Below are positions 28,048-41,900 of a stretch of 64,000 nucleotides of DNA, in pieces. Location of the stretch: assembly GCF_006345805.1 (NCBI RefSeq), contig NC_043003.1:65224001-65288000 (forward strand), written 5' to 3'. How positions within the stretch are numbered: position 1 is the stretch's first letter; each line of letters begins with the position of its first letter. The notes under the pieces were generated by a model. It saw only the letters and a program-made list of their open reading frames with translations, was not told the DNA's origin and ran no database searches. Source of the DNA: Octopus sinensis (lineage: Eukaryota). A program made the translations under genes and the position numbers.

Positions 28048-28243
28048 CAGTAATCCCTCGACTATCGCGGGTGTTACGTTCCACAACCCGCGATAGGTGA
28101 AAATCCGCGAAGTAGAAACAGTACTGTGTTGTATATACTTAATATAAAAATTATTCTTATAATTTACATATATTTATTTTATTATAAATGCAAAACAATA
28201 ATATACCGCGATAGGTGAACCGCGATATGGCGAGAGCTTACTG
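28048..28243. mobile_element. Tc1/mariner (Tigger/pogo-like) MITE
   Basis: Termini cagtaatccctcg / cgagagcttactg-ta; internal ccgcgataggtgaa repeats. Confidence 0.72.
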
Positions 28244-28451
28244 TAAACATTTACCTACAAATGCACATACAGGTGTACATATACATGCTCTCAAACGTAT
28301 ATATAAATGTGTGTGTGTGTGTGTGTCTTCGTGTGCTTTTCTATAGGGAAATATATACTCATAGATGAGAGCTTGTCCAATATTCTATAGCTTCTTCAGA
28401 GTCATGAAAATGAAGAAGTGTAGATTGATTCATTTCAGAATACTTTGTCGG

Positions 28452-28487
<36 letters not shown>

Positions 28488-29351
28488 TCCAAGAAAGTTA
28501 GAGGTTGTGAATCCAACCAACTAAGGGATAATATCTATCCCATATACTGCTGGTAGAATACCCAATTTTTAATACACAAGTGTTTTATTATTGCATGACA
28601 ATTACATTACCGAGTGTACTAAATAGGTGAGGGTAAAGAGTTATTTTACCATTAATATATAGAGCAATAAGAAAATGGAGGGGATCAATAGGTGGTGTTC
28701 ATCAACTTTTAGACATCATATTATGTCAATTTATTCATTTGTTTACTTAAAGGACAATTATAACAATATACATACATGTATAACATATGCTTTACATATA
28801 TAATATATAAAATATAAAAATACTAGTAATTATTAAGATATATAACATATAGCAATAGAAAGTGGGATGACATCTTACAGCTGTTTCAGCCAAGAGGCAA
28901 AAATACCTCATTCTACCTTTATCTCTCCAGTGGACTGAAGTAATTAGTAGATGAAATTGAGGTACTTGCGTGTTTCTTTGTCAGAGATTTTAGAAAGTAC
29001 ATAAGGTTGTTATAAATATAAATACACACACATATATACATACTTTTACGTATACATACATATACATAAACATACATAAATACATATACCTACACGTAAA
29101 TGGATATGCATATTTGCATATATATATGCATACAAATGAATAAATTATTATTATTATTAGATGCATTATATTATTCATATTAGATAAAATATAAACAGAG
29201 GTATGAGAAAGTTATAAAAGGGGCAATATTGAAATTTATAAAATCAATATATCTTAAAGTTATTTTAGTTATGTAAGAATGAAACTGTATATACATGAGG
29301 AACACACACACAGACATAAGCACACACACACACACAAACATAAACACACAC

Positions 29352-29385
<34 letters not shown>

Positions 29386-29649
29386 TTCCGTACAAAACAT
29401 ACTCATAGGTACCTACGTATTAGATATTGCTTTTATAAATTACAATATTACTTGAGGGCAGCATCATCAAACAACCCCATTGACCAAATGCCACATATTA
29501 CAGAAGGTTCCAAATATTGGTGTTGCCCAGTCAACGGTGGTGCCTCAACATAACCGCTGCTTTAAAGCTGAAACATTTTAAAGAAAAAAGAAATTAAAGA
29601 ATTATAAAAGTATATGGCAATTGACATTTCTCGTCATTGTAATATTCAT

Positions 29650-29880
29650 TGTGCCTACTTGTAAATTTCGCCGCAAGCTGGAAAAGTCGAGAGCATTTCG
29701 GAGAAAATGCTTAGCGGCATATCTTCCGTCTTAACGCACTAAGTTCAAATTTCACCGAGATCGACTGTACCTTGCACCTTTTCAAGGTCGGTAAAATAAA
29801 GCACCAGTCAAACACTGGGGGTTGATGTAATCGATTTGCCTCCCCACCACATTTTCAGGTCTTCTGCTACTTGTAGAAGT
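29650..29880 (+). mobile_element. Diverged SINE family B
   Basis: gcaagctggaaaagtcg...aaatgcttagcggcat...gttcaaatttcaccgag...aaagcaccagt. Confidence 0.65.
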
Positions 29881-30886
29881 AATTGCAGCTTCTTATACCC
29901 TCTTTTTTTTAGTTTCTTTATTACGTTTATTCTCTCTTCTCAAATTTTTTTTGTTCTCCAACAATCTCTTTAAATCTTTATTTCTTTTTCTCTCATGCCG
30001 ATTTTTTTTCTCCACCATCACAATCATCACCATATTGTTTAAAATACGAGTTATTTGTTCTCTTCGACTGCTGTGCAAATCCATCGTTTTCTTCTTCTTA
30101 ACAAACCGCCAACGTTTTTTTTCGAGATACTAAGAGATTTAATCCTCGATACCCATTCCTGTCTGTTAACTTGAAATCAAATCTGCCAACATTTCTCAGT
30201 GGAAAAAAAGAAAAAGAAAAAAACTCAATATAAAATACGAAATGAACAAAATAACGATAAAAAAAAAGCTTAAAGCAAAACTCAAAAGCAAATGGACAAA
30301 CATTTTCTCTTGTGAAAAGCAGCTTTTAATTCTATATTACCATTCTTCTTCCTAAGATGTCAAATGTTATTAAAATCTGTTTCACTGATGCGTGAAGGTC
30401 ATGCAAATTATCTCCACGTAGTTTCTTATCTAGTTCTTGAAAGTATTTGATTGCATTTTTCGGTAATTTTATTCTCAGACTAAATTTCTATAGCACTGAA
30501 AAAGAAAAAAAATGTTAAGGAAGAGAGTTTTACTGTTCACTTCCACTACAGTGGTTCTTAGGGAGCAAGCGATATACATAAAGATGACTGGTCTATTTAG
30601 AACAATTTTAACACTCCTAATTTATACACTTATAGCTTGCCTTACTTAATATTGATATACTGGCAGTGAGTCTAGATAAACAAGCCTAAAATGTACTAGA
30701 TTCCTTCGTTTTTTTTTTAAGTTACCATTAATTTCAGAGTTCAAGTTCCCCTAGTGCCAGGGTTTGCCTTTTATGGTTCATGAAAGACATATTTAGTTGA
30801 TTATTCGAACTCCTGTCTACAAGAATGGTCTAAAACATATTTCTCTGTTGTAGTATATGTTGTAAGGGTTCTTTAGCCCGGATTAA

Positions 30887-32572
30887 GGATCTAGTCGGTT
30901 TGGCTGCGCGAATTGATTTCGTATTTGGTGTAATGATACATTTTTATTGGCTAATGAATGATATGAAATTCATTTTCGCAATAAATCAATAACTAAAAAG
31001 TTATTAATAATTATACATTGAAAATTCTGGAAATTTTAGCCAATCATAAACCATAGACACATTCATGCTTGTTTCCATAGAAAAAAGCGGATCCGAGAAC
31101 TCCTTTATCTGCGAGAAAGCACGTGCTGACAAATTTGATGCTGTGTGTTGGAAGTTTTACTGTTTGATTATGGCAGCAAGCTTTTGTAACCTTGTACCCT
31201 TCCTCTTAGGACTGTAGTGCTATTCCTTTACTCATGGCTTAAGGAATTGCCTTCTGTTCGGTTTTGTATTGAAGAACTGGGGAGGAATTGTAGCACAGCC
31301 ATTGGTTATAACAACTATGTTTGAAAAATATGTGCGGAAGACTTGCTCTGTCATCCAATTCATAGTGGTGATCCTGGGAAGATTGTTGAGATCGACGAAA
31401 CAGTCTTCTCAAAATGTAAGTATAACCGAGGAGTGATCTTACCTGAGCAGTGGATTTTTGGAGGAGTGTATTGTGGAACCAGACAGGTTTTTCTGTATGC
31501 GGTGCCATGTCGGAATCGTGACACGCTAGAAGAATGCTTACGTCACACGATTCTTCCACGAACCACAATTTTCAGCGATTTGTGGATAGTGTACTCTCAG
31601 ATTCCTGAAATTGATGATTACAATTTTGCTCATTGAACGGTGAACCACAGCGTTTGGGTTTGTTAACCCGAAAGATGGTATCCCTCACTTAACAAGTGGA
31701 TAGTTCGTGGGCCTCTGTGAAGCGAGGTAATATACGACGGTGTCGGATTCACTGTTCTATGGTAGATTCATATCTCTGTGAATTTATATGGCGCAGAAGA
31801 TAGGAAAATTGTGATTTGTTTGAGAGATTTATTGAATTTATTTCTAACTTTCGCTTTTAAATTTAAAAATAATTTGTAATGTTTTGCTTATTGCATACTT
31901 AAATCATTGTTTTCTAAGTATATGTTGTTCACTCTTTTATTTTCATATATAACATATAAACATGTACACTTTTTAGAAAATTGTTATTTTATAAGATTTT
32001 GCTGGAAGAATTTTGAATCATTTATATGAAAGGAAATTTCCGGAGAACTTTCATCTAATTCTTCCAAATCTTTCTGTTAAAACTGTATTGAAATTATTTG
32101 TGGAGGAAAATTGTAAAGTGTTTATCGCATGTAACGTATTGTTCATCGCATTTGCATTAAAGGCATGTTGAATGCTTAAAACTACCTGTTTACTTGTTTC
32201 TTTTTGTCATTGAGGTGGTTGTGAAGTATGCTAAAAATAACAGCTAAATAACGCTTTAAATGTATTAAATGTATATTAAATGCTTCAAACTACAAAACAT
32301 TTGTTATTTACAAATATTGACAAAACGTGCTATTTTCAGGAAGTTCACGACAAAATGTGCAGTCACGCATAGAATGACAGCTTCCAAATCCTGTTTCATG
32401 ACATTGGTAAAAATGATCAAATGTAACCCTCTGTACTTTTTAAAAGCATTTTCCCGGAAAAAGTGAAATAACTCCAGCAATTCAGCTTGGAAAAGTATAT
32501 TATTGTGCAAAATTGTAAAATTTTCGATAAACTTTGACTTTTGAAATGCTGGCAGCCAAACCAACTAGATTC
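30887..32572 (+). mobile_element. Merlin (IS1016/IS1595-like) DNA transposon, full-length and decayed
   Basis: 21-bp TIRs g(g/a)atctagt(c/t)ggtttggctgc; 8-bp TSD cggattaa (30879-30886) / cgaattaa (32573-32580); DDE transposase remnant inside. Confidence 0.88.
31343..31803 (+). pseudogene. Merlin/ISXO2-type DDE transposase remnant
   Basis: GKIVEIDETVFSKCKYNRG...QWIFGGV...ILPRTTIFSDLW..Y, then after stop/shift TVNHS...VDSSWASVKR...DSYLCEFIWRRR. Confidence 0.88.
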
Positions 32573-32722
32573 CGAATTAAACCTAATTAAACAGATTTAT
32601 AACCAAAGCTGTTGAATTTATGATAAGGCTTTCCCTCATACAAGACTAGATTACCCCTTTAATTGTGTTTGATTTTAGAGTATTTCATTCGGCGAGGATA
32701 GACAAGAGAGGATAACTTGTTC

Positions 32723-33140
32723 ATGAATGTAATGACCAAATAAGTCGGATCGCAAATACAAGCGGCCAAAATGGGATTCCTCTGAAGGATAACTGGAATA
32801 ATGTTGCTGGAGTGGGTATAGAACCGGGAGAATCCCAGGTCGAGCCGTTTCATCTCCGCATTGAGAGGTCTTAACTCCGGTATCAAGGACAATGTAGGTA
32901 GAATGCTAAAATCACAAACGGAGTCTTTAAGCCAATCCAACTGGCACGAGACCTAAGGACCAAGGAACCAAGAACGAGAAGGTGGGATAATGTCCCATGT
33001 CTCGTTTGTTCATGCTTGGGAATCCATTTGGAAAGTACAATAACGACTACTACTGATTGGATGCTATGGAAGAAGTACCTAAGCATCTTACTCCCACTAC
33101 TCTCCCAGGAATAGTGGACGGAGAATATGGATGGATGGTT
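32723..33140 (+). mobile_element. RTE-clade LINE 3' fragment
   Basis: SQIQAAKMGFL.RITG...LRIERS...PRDLRTKEPRTRRWD-like degenerate frame; (atgg)n tail. Confidence 0.7.
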
Positions 33141-33666
33141 TGATTTCATTTAGTCGAGAAATTACATGGATTCGCTGCCTGCGTTCTTACTGATGTTGTT
33201 GACGTTGATGTTTAGCTCAGAATTAGTCCTGATTGAAAAATTTGATTAAGTCTTAACAGCTGGGAGTATTTCCCCCCTTTACAAGCAGAGTAACAATATT
33301 GATTCTAGTGGCTGTGAATGTTTGGCGGGGTATACACCCAACAGACATAACTCCAGTCAAATGCTTATCTCGAAACATGAATACACCTCCATGATTTCCC
33401 ATACATACCCATCACTCCATTTTCTTAACACCCCAATAGAACAGCATTATTAACTGGCTCCTGATTTTTACCCATTGTTTCCTCTCGTCGAGTATTCTCC
33501 TTTCTTACGTTACTTGTGCTTTCCCCTTTCATCTGATGAAGGACTAATGCCCGAAATGTTACGGCTGTTTCCTTTCCTTTTGAGTTATACTAACACAATA
33601 TATGTTAGGCGTTGTCCCCAGTGCTGTCCTTCTAATTTCTTGATTTATTGCACATTAAACATACGA

Positions 33667-34085
33667 GGCGTAGGAGTTGCTCTGTGGTAAGAAGATTGCT
33701 TCCCAACCACATGGTTCCGGGTTCAGTCCCACTGCGTGCCACCTTGGGCAAGTGTCTTCTACGATAGCTTTGGGCCGACCAAAGATTTGTGAGTGGATTT
33801 GGTAGACCGACACCGAAAGAAACCAGTCGTACATATACACATATATATGTGCATGTGTGCGCGTGTGTGTGTTTGTGTGTCTTTGTTTGTCCCCCCACCA
33901 TCGCTTGAGAACCGATGCAGGTGTATTTACGCCTCCATAACTTTGTGGTTCAGCAAAAGAGACTGATAGAATAAGGCTTACAAAGAAGAAGTTCTGAGGT
34001 CGATTTTTTCGACTAAAGGCAGTGCTCCAGCATGACTGCAATCAAAAACTGAAGCAAGTAGAATAATCACAGAATAAAAGAATAT
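33667..34085 (+). mobile_element. Full-length SINE family A
   Basis: ggcgtaggagttgctctgtgg head through ccagcatgactgcaatc...aagtagaataa tail. Confidence 0.82.
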
Positions 34086-35385
34086 ATATATATATATTTA
34101 TATATATATATACGCACTTGTGTGTGTATGCATGTATATAGATGTACCTGTGTGTATATATATATATATATGTGTATATGAACATATAGTTTCCGGGGTG
34201 TTGATACTTTTGTTTAGCCTCCAAGACATATCTGATGAAAGAGGTCAATATTCAGAGACCTTTCTACTGTGTCAATTCCATCTTGATTATCGGCATTGTG
34301 CTATATCTTGTAATTTGATCTGTTTTTAAAATAGTAAGGTGCGATGCGAGGGAGATTCTTGCTGCTATGTCCTAAAGATGAAACCATAAAGTCTCTTTCT
34401 CTCTCTCTCTCTCTCTCTCTTGTAGCTTCAGTTAAAATGGCTTGATCTAATAGGTAGGCAGATTTATGTAGGACATACGCCTTCGAAAATACCACATGCA
34501 ATGGTAAGAACGGTGGTATGTAACTTTAACCCACGTATTTACTGTAAGGCTAGAAACGTAGTCCCCAGCATAAGGTACATAGAAGGGGTTCTTAAGGACA
34601 GAAACACAGCTTACATTGGGGAAGTCTCTAGGATCAAAATGTGCTAGTGACAAGTCAGAAATTAATATTTTCATTATGTCTTCAAATGCATTTTGGCACT
34701 TTACTGACCAATTAAATTTTATCTATTCTTTTAGTAATTCGTTTAAAGGTGCTCTCAATTTATGTATATTTGGAATGTACTGTTGATAGAAATTTACTAG
34801 GTCAAGGAAATCTTGAAATGTCGGTATATTCATTGGAGGAACCATATTCTTGATTGCGTCTGCCCTCGACGGGTCAGGACGTCTTCTATTCTTATCTATG
34901 ATTTGAACTAGGTATCTGGTTTTAGGAAAAAAACAATTCCCCACTCCTCCCCTCTTCACTGAGCGTGAAACCATAATTCTTAATTTTTTTTTTAAATCAC
35001 ACATCACGTGTTCGATATGCTCATTCCACGATTCGATTTTGATTAACATGTCATCAAGGTAAGGAATAACAAATTGACAGTCTACCAACGTCACGTCCAT
35101 CACCTGTTGAAATATTGCAGGTGCTACCTTCAGTCCAAAAGGTAGTCTATTGTATTTGTATGGACGTCTGTGCCTGTTGACCGTTAATAGCTTTGTGCAT
35201 TTTTCATCTACTTTGATTTGTAGATATGCGTCAGACAGATCGAGTTTTGAAAATATTTTTCCTACGTTTTGTAAAAATATCTTCTGGGGTCGGTAGTGGA
35301 TAATAGTTCATTTTTAAGCAGTCGTTTAAACCGATTGAAAAATCGGCAAACCTAATTTTGTTATTTTTCGTTTTTATGCATAGAG

Positions 35386-35459
35386 GTCGATTCGCTCGAT
35401 TAAAGGCGTTGCTCCAGCATGGCCACAGTCAAATGACTGAAACAAGTAAAAGAATAAAA
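35386..35459 (+). mobile_element. Tail-only SINE family A insertion inside Gypsy RT
   Basis: TSD gcatagag at 35378-35385 and 35460-35467. Confidence 0.82.
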
Positions 35460-36919
35460 GCATAGAGTCGGAGTTGCCCATTTCGCGCAATCCACTTTTT
35501 CAATGATTCCATATGCCTTATTGCCGCAAAAGGCACTTTCCTATTAGGCTTGCACACCGGTATAACATTATCATCTAATCCATAATACGCTCCAGTCTTT
35601 GTGCATAGACCTAGTTTATCCGAGAGTACTTGCGGAAATATCTTTAAAAAGTTTTCTCTTTAACTCTTCAAACGAATTATTTTTAGATTGACAAACATTT
35701 ACGTTTTTACAATAGAGATTTATGGGGAGGTCCCATAAATCGAATAATTCTAACCAATAGGTACCAAACAAATCGGTTGCATTTTTAACGACGCAGACTT
35801 TCGCCTTGCATGTTTTCCCTCGAAATGTCACATTAGTCCATATTTCGCCTATGAAATGTAATTTGTCGCCCGCCACGCTACGAGCAGATATCGCTGTTTC
35901 TCTCAACATAGGTTTCCCTATTTTCTTCCATGTGTCCATACTTATCCTTGAGATATCACTTCCAGTATCCAATTGAAGTTTAATATGTATTCCATTTATT
36001 TTTTGTTCCTGCTGAGAGCACTGTAAGATTTTTAACGCTTGAACTTCGTAATTTTGTTCTGCAGTGTGAACTATTGTAATCAATTCGTTTGCAACTGTAG
36101 GACGTGATATTTTTTGGTTGTACTTTTCCGGTCGGAATATCTGTATTTTCGACGAATCTTTTTCTTGAAATTTTTCTACATCGTGTTTCAGGTTTACCAT
36201 CCTTTAGCATTCTTCTGCTACGGACTGTAAGGTTCACTTGTTCCAATCTACATAGAATTCTGACTCGAATTTCTGTATCTTCACTTGCTGTAAGGCCTTG
36301 CATGAAAATAAGACACGAGCATCTCAGGTGTAAGTTCTTTGAGTTTAAAACTTTCACACATCCTGCTGACAGTTCCTGCGAATGAGATAAATTCATCATT
36401 CGCTTTTTTCGTTATAATCCAACACTCCTTTCGAGTGTTATATAAAGAGGTTTTATCACAGAATATGTTAGACAGTAATTCTATTGTTGCTTTAGAACAA
36501 ATCTCAATGGGTTTTTTGGGCAATATAAAATTACAATAACGTTCATGCTCTAACGGAGCTAATTTTCGCAATAACAATCTCACTTTTTGTTCGTCCGACC
36601 ATGATTTGCAATCTCGCTTAAAAATCTCCTCGTACCTTCTGTAATACGATGCAAAAGTTATCCTTTCCTCTGCGTTATAACTGAATACATTAATCGAGTT
36701 CGAAACACAGTCTGGCAGAAACGAACTTACCTCATTTTTGACTTCTTTGAATATACTTCCAATAATTGTTGTTGTTGCATTTATTGCTGTAATAGTTGCT
36801 GCTCTTGTTGCTTTTGCAACTGTACTATGGAAGCTAACAGGTCTTCTATTATTTAACAAGTTGTCTCACGAACAAATTGCTAAATAACGTACGTGAGTTT
36901 CGAAACCCTCGTCGTTAGA

Positions 36920-37133
36920 TGTTATAAATAAGATAACTAAGCAACAGTAAAAACAACGTAACGAACTAAGAAAACTCTCTACGAACCAACAATCAATATT
37001 CCTTGTGACCTCACTGCGAACTAACACGAACTTCACTCGACTCCGAACTCTGAACTCACTCGGATCGTTACTATTTATACTTTACTCGGACCAGTCTATC
37101 TCGCAAGGAGTCATCGTAACTCTCACGGGAACA
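36920..37133 (-). repeat. 5' LTR of the Gypsy element (214 bp), PBS-like sequence at 36906-36919
   Basis: TGTT...AACA termini; followed on the minus strand by tctaacgacgaggg, resembling the tggcgacgag PBS of Mag-type elements. Confidence 0.7.
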
Positions 37134-38858
37134 TGACTTAAGCATGTAACAGATAAAGAACCGACACTAATCTAACAAGCGACGGTATTAGACACCTGAA
37201 TGGATACCGAAAAGGGAAATGGGTGGTTATTGTCCAACACAATCGGTGTCTGATCAACCTTTTGAAAGAGCAACTTGACTGCTCAAGATTTTCGTGAGAC
37301 TCGAGCCAACGTCTGTTGCTGGCATGAGAGGTGTTATATACCATTGTACCAAAGCAATCCATCGAATTTCCTTATCCAGTTTAGAAATTTCATCCTTACC
37401 AGTGAGAACTGTAGACTGTTGACCACAAGAATTTTATAAACTTCCGAAAGAACGTGGAAGAATTTTTCTTTGAAATTGGTTCTCGAATTATGTATAAAGG
37501 TTCAGATAACATGGAAATTTTGGGCTTGAAATCTCCATTTGGATAGAAAAAGATTCGAACTCACTCTGCATTTACAGTAGTATCTATTTAGTTCTCCCTT
37601 CTCTATTAATTCTAGCCTTTCAACTCGTAACTTTATAACAGCTACATAAATGATCTCTCTAAATTGCGACGTTTAGTTTACATAAATTTAAATCTTTTAT
37701 GTCGACGCTGATTATTGTCTAAATTACTTCAATTAGTCTAGTATACACATATACTTGTTTGTTTATGCCCACACCATCTTCTCGTCAACCACTTTCTCTA
37801 TTTGATTTATCCTATACTGCTTCTATTTAATTATTTAAATGTTAACGATTGCTGCCTCAGTAAATATGGCTATCACTATTTTCGTTTCTCTTTTTCTGTC
37901 CTCTGTATTTTTCGATCCCAATCTTCTGAAATTTCGCAGAGAAATTTGCTTTTTCTCTGCGTTTTTTTCTCTTTATTATCCTTGAATTATAATTAACTGG
38001 ATCTTCATTAATTAAAGCTAATATTCTATTAGTTCTGTAATAATTAATCGGAGTACTTTAATCACGAGAAATTAAGTAATTAAATAAGTAACGCTGGAAT
38101 TTATTAACCATGTCAGTGCTTTGATGTACAAAACAATATAACACGGTGTTCTTTTCTTTTATGAGAACAACGTCAGCAACAATCTTCAATAAGAGTTTTC
38201 TAGGGTCAAATGTCATGCTCAGCGCTTGTTACCTGCTGTTATATAAGCCTGTTTTACTAATAACAGCTTTTATGAATGATGTCGCTAAGTTTAATAACAT
38301 CTGATGAGTAGTTATATCTTTTAACTATTCGCTAATTTACTGCTTCGCAATTGCTATTCACCCGCGTGCTTGACTGATTGTTGTCCTACCCACTTTGCAG
38401 TTATTAAATCGTGTTATTCTGATTTGAAATTCCAATTGTTAAACGACTGATTCATTAGCATGTCGCTGCTCCCTTATCCGTTTGGAAAAGCTGATGAGTT
38501 GCGAGTTGTACAACATAATATTAAAAACTCTTATGGATGTTGTGTATACTACATTCCTAAATGTCACAATTCTTATCGAAACAATTGTAGGTTTACCAGA
38601 TAAACCATTCCTTTGTTTTTATTATTTCTTACATCACACTTATGGATCCATTCACCTTTGGATACTAATGAAGTTGCAGTGAAATCCGCTGCTGACGTAT
38701 ACCGTACTGTAATGATGGATGAGTCAGCCGAATGATTTGCATCATATGGTCAAGTCATTAATTGTGGCGTTTCTTTTAAAAACCTGTTTGCTTCGATCCT
38801 TTATGAATGCTTTCTAGTCAAATAGGCATATATATATAATCATTCGCGTATATATATA

Positions 38859-38906
<48 letters not shown>

Positions 38907-41900
38907 CCAAAAGTTACAGAGTGGAGTAGGAAAAATCTGGGCTACATATGTTTCATAGCGAGTGGAACCTCAGAAGTGGTAAAATCCAAGTGAGGTATAT
39001 ACTACTGGCTACTCTTCAGACCAATGATATCTAGATTTGATTAAAGGCTACATTGTCGCAAGGAGGTACATGTTGACGCAAAGAAGATTCAATCAGAATG
39101 TGTGAAGGGCACAGTATGAGAGGGGTATATAAATGTAGGAAGAAATAAATATTAGAAGGGAAGAAAGAAGAAAAAATATTAGAGAGTTAGAGGAAGGAGA
39201 TGATTTCCGGTGAGGTCAGTTGACTGTTAGTAGATACTATAGTATTTATGGTGGAGTCATAGAATTTAGTAGTTGGATTGCTACTTGACGAAATGATAAA
39301 TTGGAAGGGAGAAGTGAGGAAATGTTTCTGGCTGCGGGGGAGAAATAAAGTGTGTATGAAATATGCAAGGTAGGGTGAGTAATTTCAGCACAGCTAGTTA
39401 GGCATAAATTAGCAGGGGAGTGACAAAAACAAAACAAAACAAAACAAAAAAAAATAAAACGTATGAAGTGGTGGAGGTGTATTTATTTTTCTACTCATCG
39501 TTCTTCGATAAAGAAAAAAATAATCCGCACCCTTCCGTCTCAATAAACCGCTGTTGATCCTGAAAGTTGTTTTTTTCTATTTACTATGAATTGCTCGAAG
39601 CTAACTTTCTTCCTACACCTCGGTCACTGGATATATGACTGACGAGGAAACCTCAGATGCGAATATTCCGAGTATCGTGTTTTTGTCAATATTTCCCGTC
39701 AATATTTCGTCTAGTTTCCTGTTTGCTCTGCTTTCGTCTAACTTTTTCTTCTTGCTGTGTTCTGTCTGTTCATCCCTTGAAACACACACACACGTGTGTG
39801 TGTGTGTGTGTGTGTGTTGTGTGTGTGTGTGTGTGTGGTGTGTGTGTGTGTATGTATGTATGTATGTATGTATGTATAAAACACCTTTAACCTGAAGCGA
39901 AATCGAAATGCAAATTTGTGAACTCATAAGCCTATTATGCCACCCAAAGAGGCTCTTTTGCACTGTGCGTTGCATCTGGAGTTATTGCATCGCACCACGC
40001 CCACTAGGGAGCAGTGCAACTTGAAGCGAAAGCAATTGTTGTGCTAATAAATGCTTTTTGTTATCCTCTATCTTCTCCATTAATCTTTAAAATATACCCT
40101 ATATGTATCCTGGAATTTCTGGACGTAGATCCAATAATGAATGCAAAGTATCGCTGATGATGCCTGATAGCCAAAAGTGGAGAACCTGCTCCGCAGACAC
40201 ACTACCTGGGTCTAACCCTGAAACCACATTTAACACCTACTTTCTAAACTGTCACTCTGTAACTTTAAATTCGAATGTCTCTTAAATTGTTGTATATATT
40301 TTACAAAGATGCATATCATAAAAATATTTATTGAATCCATCAATATCAATTATGATAACAAAGAATCATGTAAATATATTGATATAAAAATAGAAAAGAA
40401 TCTAAGTTAAAAGAAAAACACGAAAAGTGAACAATTTCATTTAAAACAACTTCACTTTAGATGTGTGGAAAAAAAAAATAAAGTAAAATAAAGCAGGTTC
40501 CTTTTTTTTTTGCATGACAACATTGAAATGAGAACATTTTTATGTTTAGTTCAACTTACTGATTTTAGCGTTAAAGTAATTTCTGAACATTTTTTTGATA
40601 TAAAAAATAAAGTAACAACGATTTTACGGAGTAATAAAAAAAATGTTGGCAAGAATTATTATGGATCAATTTTCAATTTCACAAGAATTAATGTGGATCA
40701 ATTTTCCAGATCACAAGGATTATTATGGATATGTTTCCGAGTTCAAAAGAATTCGTTTGGTGGAATAAAAGAAAAAAATTCAAAATATCCAAGTATGCTG
40801 ACAAAAGAAAAAAACAACAAAAAAAAGAAAGAAAGAAACAAACAAAATAAAAAAACATAAATAACAAATAGAAATGATTAAAGAATTGAATATTTTTATT
40901 CACTGCAGCCTCACTTTAGCTTTTGGAAAGACGAGGTTTCATGTTTGATATTACAACAATAATATTCTGGTGTTTCATGTACCGGGATGAACGATGCTCT
41001 CTCAAAGAGTACTGCAGTTTGTTCTCTAGTTTACAAGAGAAGAAGATCCTTTATGACAGAGGTAGACTGTTGCAAAAGGCTATACGTTTTTGTTGCATTC
41101 ACATATGCACTTTTGAAAGCACTTGCAGATTTTGACAGCAGAGATCCTTTTCTAAAATTCTGTGAGTGCTTTGCTGTTTGACGTAATTTCACAAAAGCGA
41201 TTCTTTCTTTGCTCTGGGCTCTTTAGTTAAATCAGTAATTTTACAGTAAAAATATATGAATCTTGTCTGAAAATTATTTAGAAACTTAATGTTTAAATTT
41301 GATAAGATGCTTTATAAAAACACTAGCTGACCACGTGCCGCCAATAATGACGGCTAATTCTAGTAATTTATATATAAATAAGGTACAAAATAAGGTACAT
41401 AATAATCACACATACAAACATTCACATACTTCCCTTGTACACGCAGACACGTACACACATATACTCACACAGAGTTGAAACGTTGATTTTTTCAGCCCTT
41501 CCTTCCTTATTCATCTATCACTCCTTCCTTTCTGTCATTGCTATTACTTTCTCTCACTCGCTCTGAGTCAGGCTATTACTCTCACTACTTCTCCTTCACT
41601 GAATTGCTGTTTTCTCTCCTCCTTCGTAATTTTGAACAAATATATGTATTTATACAAATATATAAAAAACACTGCTCTCATTATTATAATAGGAGATTAT
41701 TGATGTCACTAATACAGTCTATATTCTACTAATTTATAGGAAGACAGCTATTTTGTTTTGATTCACTTTGTGATTCTACAACAGTAGCTTTGATCCAAAT
41801 ACTGAAATCTTTTCTCTTGCTAAAACATCATTAATATTTTTCCGTTGCAATTTTCACAAAGATATCATCTGAACACGAGAAATATCTCAGCCAAATGGAG

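Larger units (their letters stand above)
34620..37133 (-). mobile_element. Gypsy/Ty3 LTR retrotransposon (Mag-like), 3'-deleted
   Basis: gag-like ORF 36281-36859; protease LDTGSD in 35616-36200; RT KLDLSDAYLQI...RLPFGLKVAPAIFQ...YLDD; RT-RNaseH connector LRAPLNELLK; frameshifts and stops. Confidence 0.9.

Noticed and set aside
29893-30130. Basic coiled-coil ORF on the minus strand
   Set aside because: Purine-rich low complexity suppresses stops; no recognisable domain
33520-33570. Active hammerhead
   Set aside because: Core present but stem I cannot pair and stems II/III are mutated
34200-34620. Gypsy integrase or 3' LTR
   Set aside because: No convincing HHCC/DDE motifs or second LTR copy found by manual translation
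38270-38320. C/D box snoRNA
   Set aside because: Only loose tgatg/ctga matches with too short a spacing and no terminal stem
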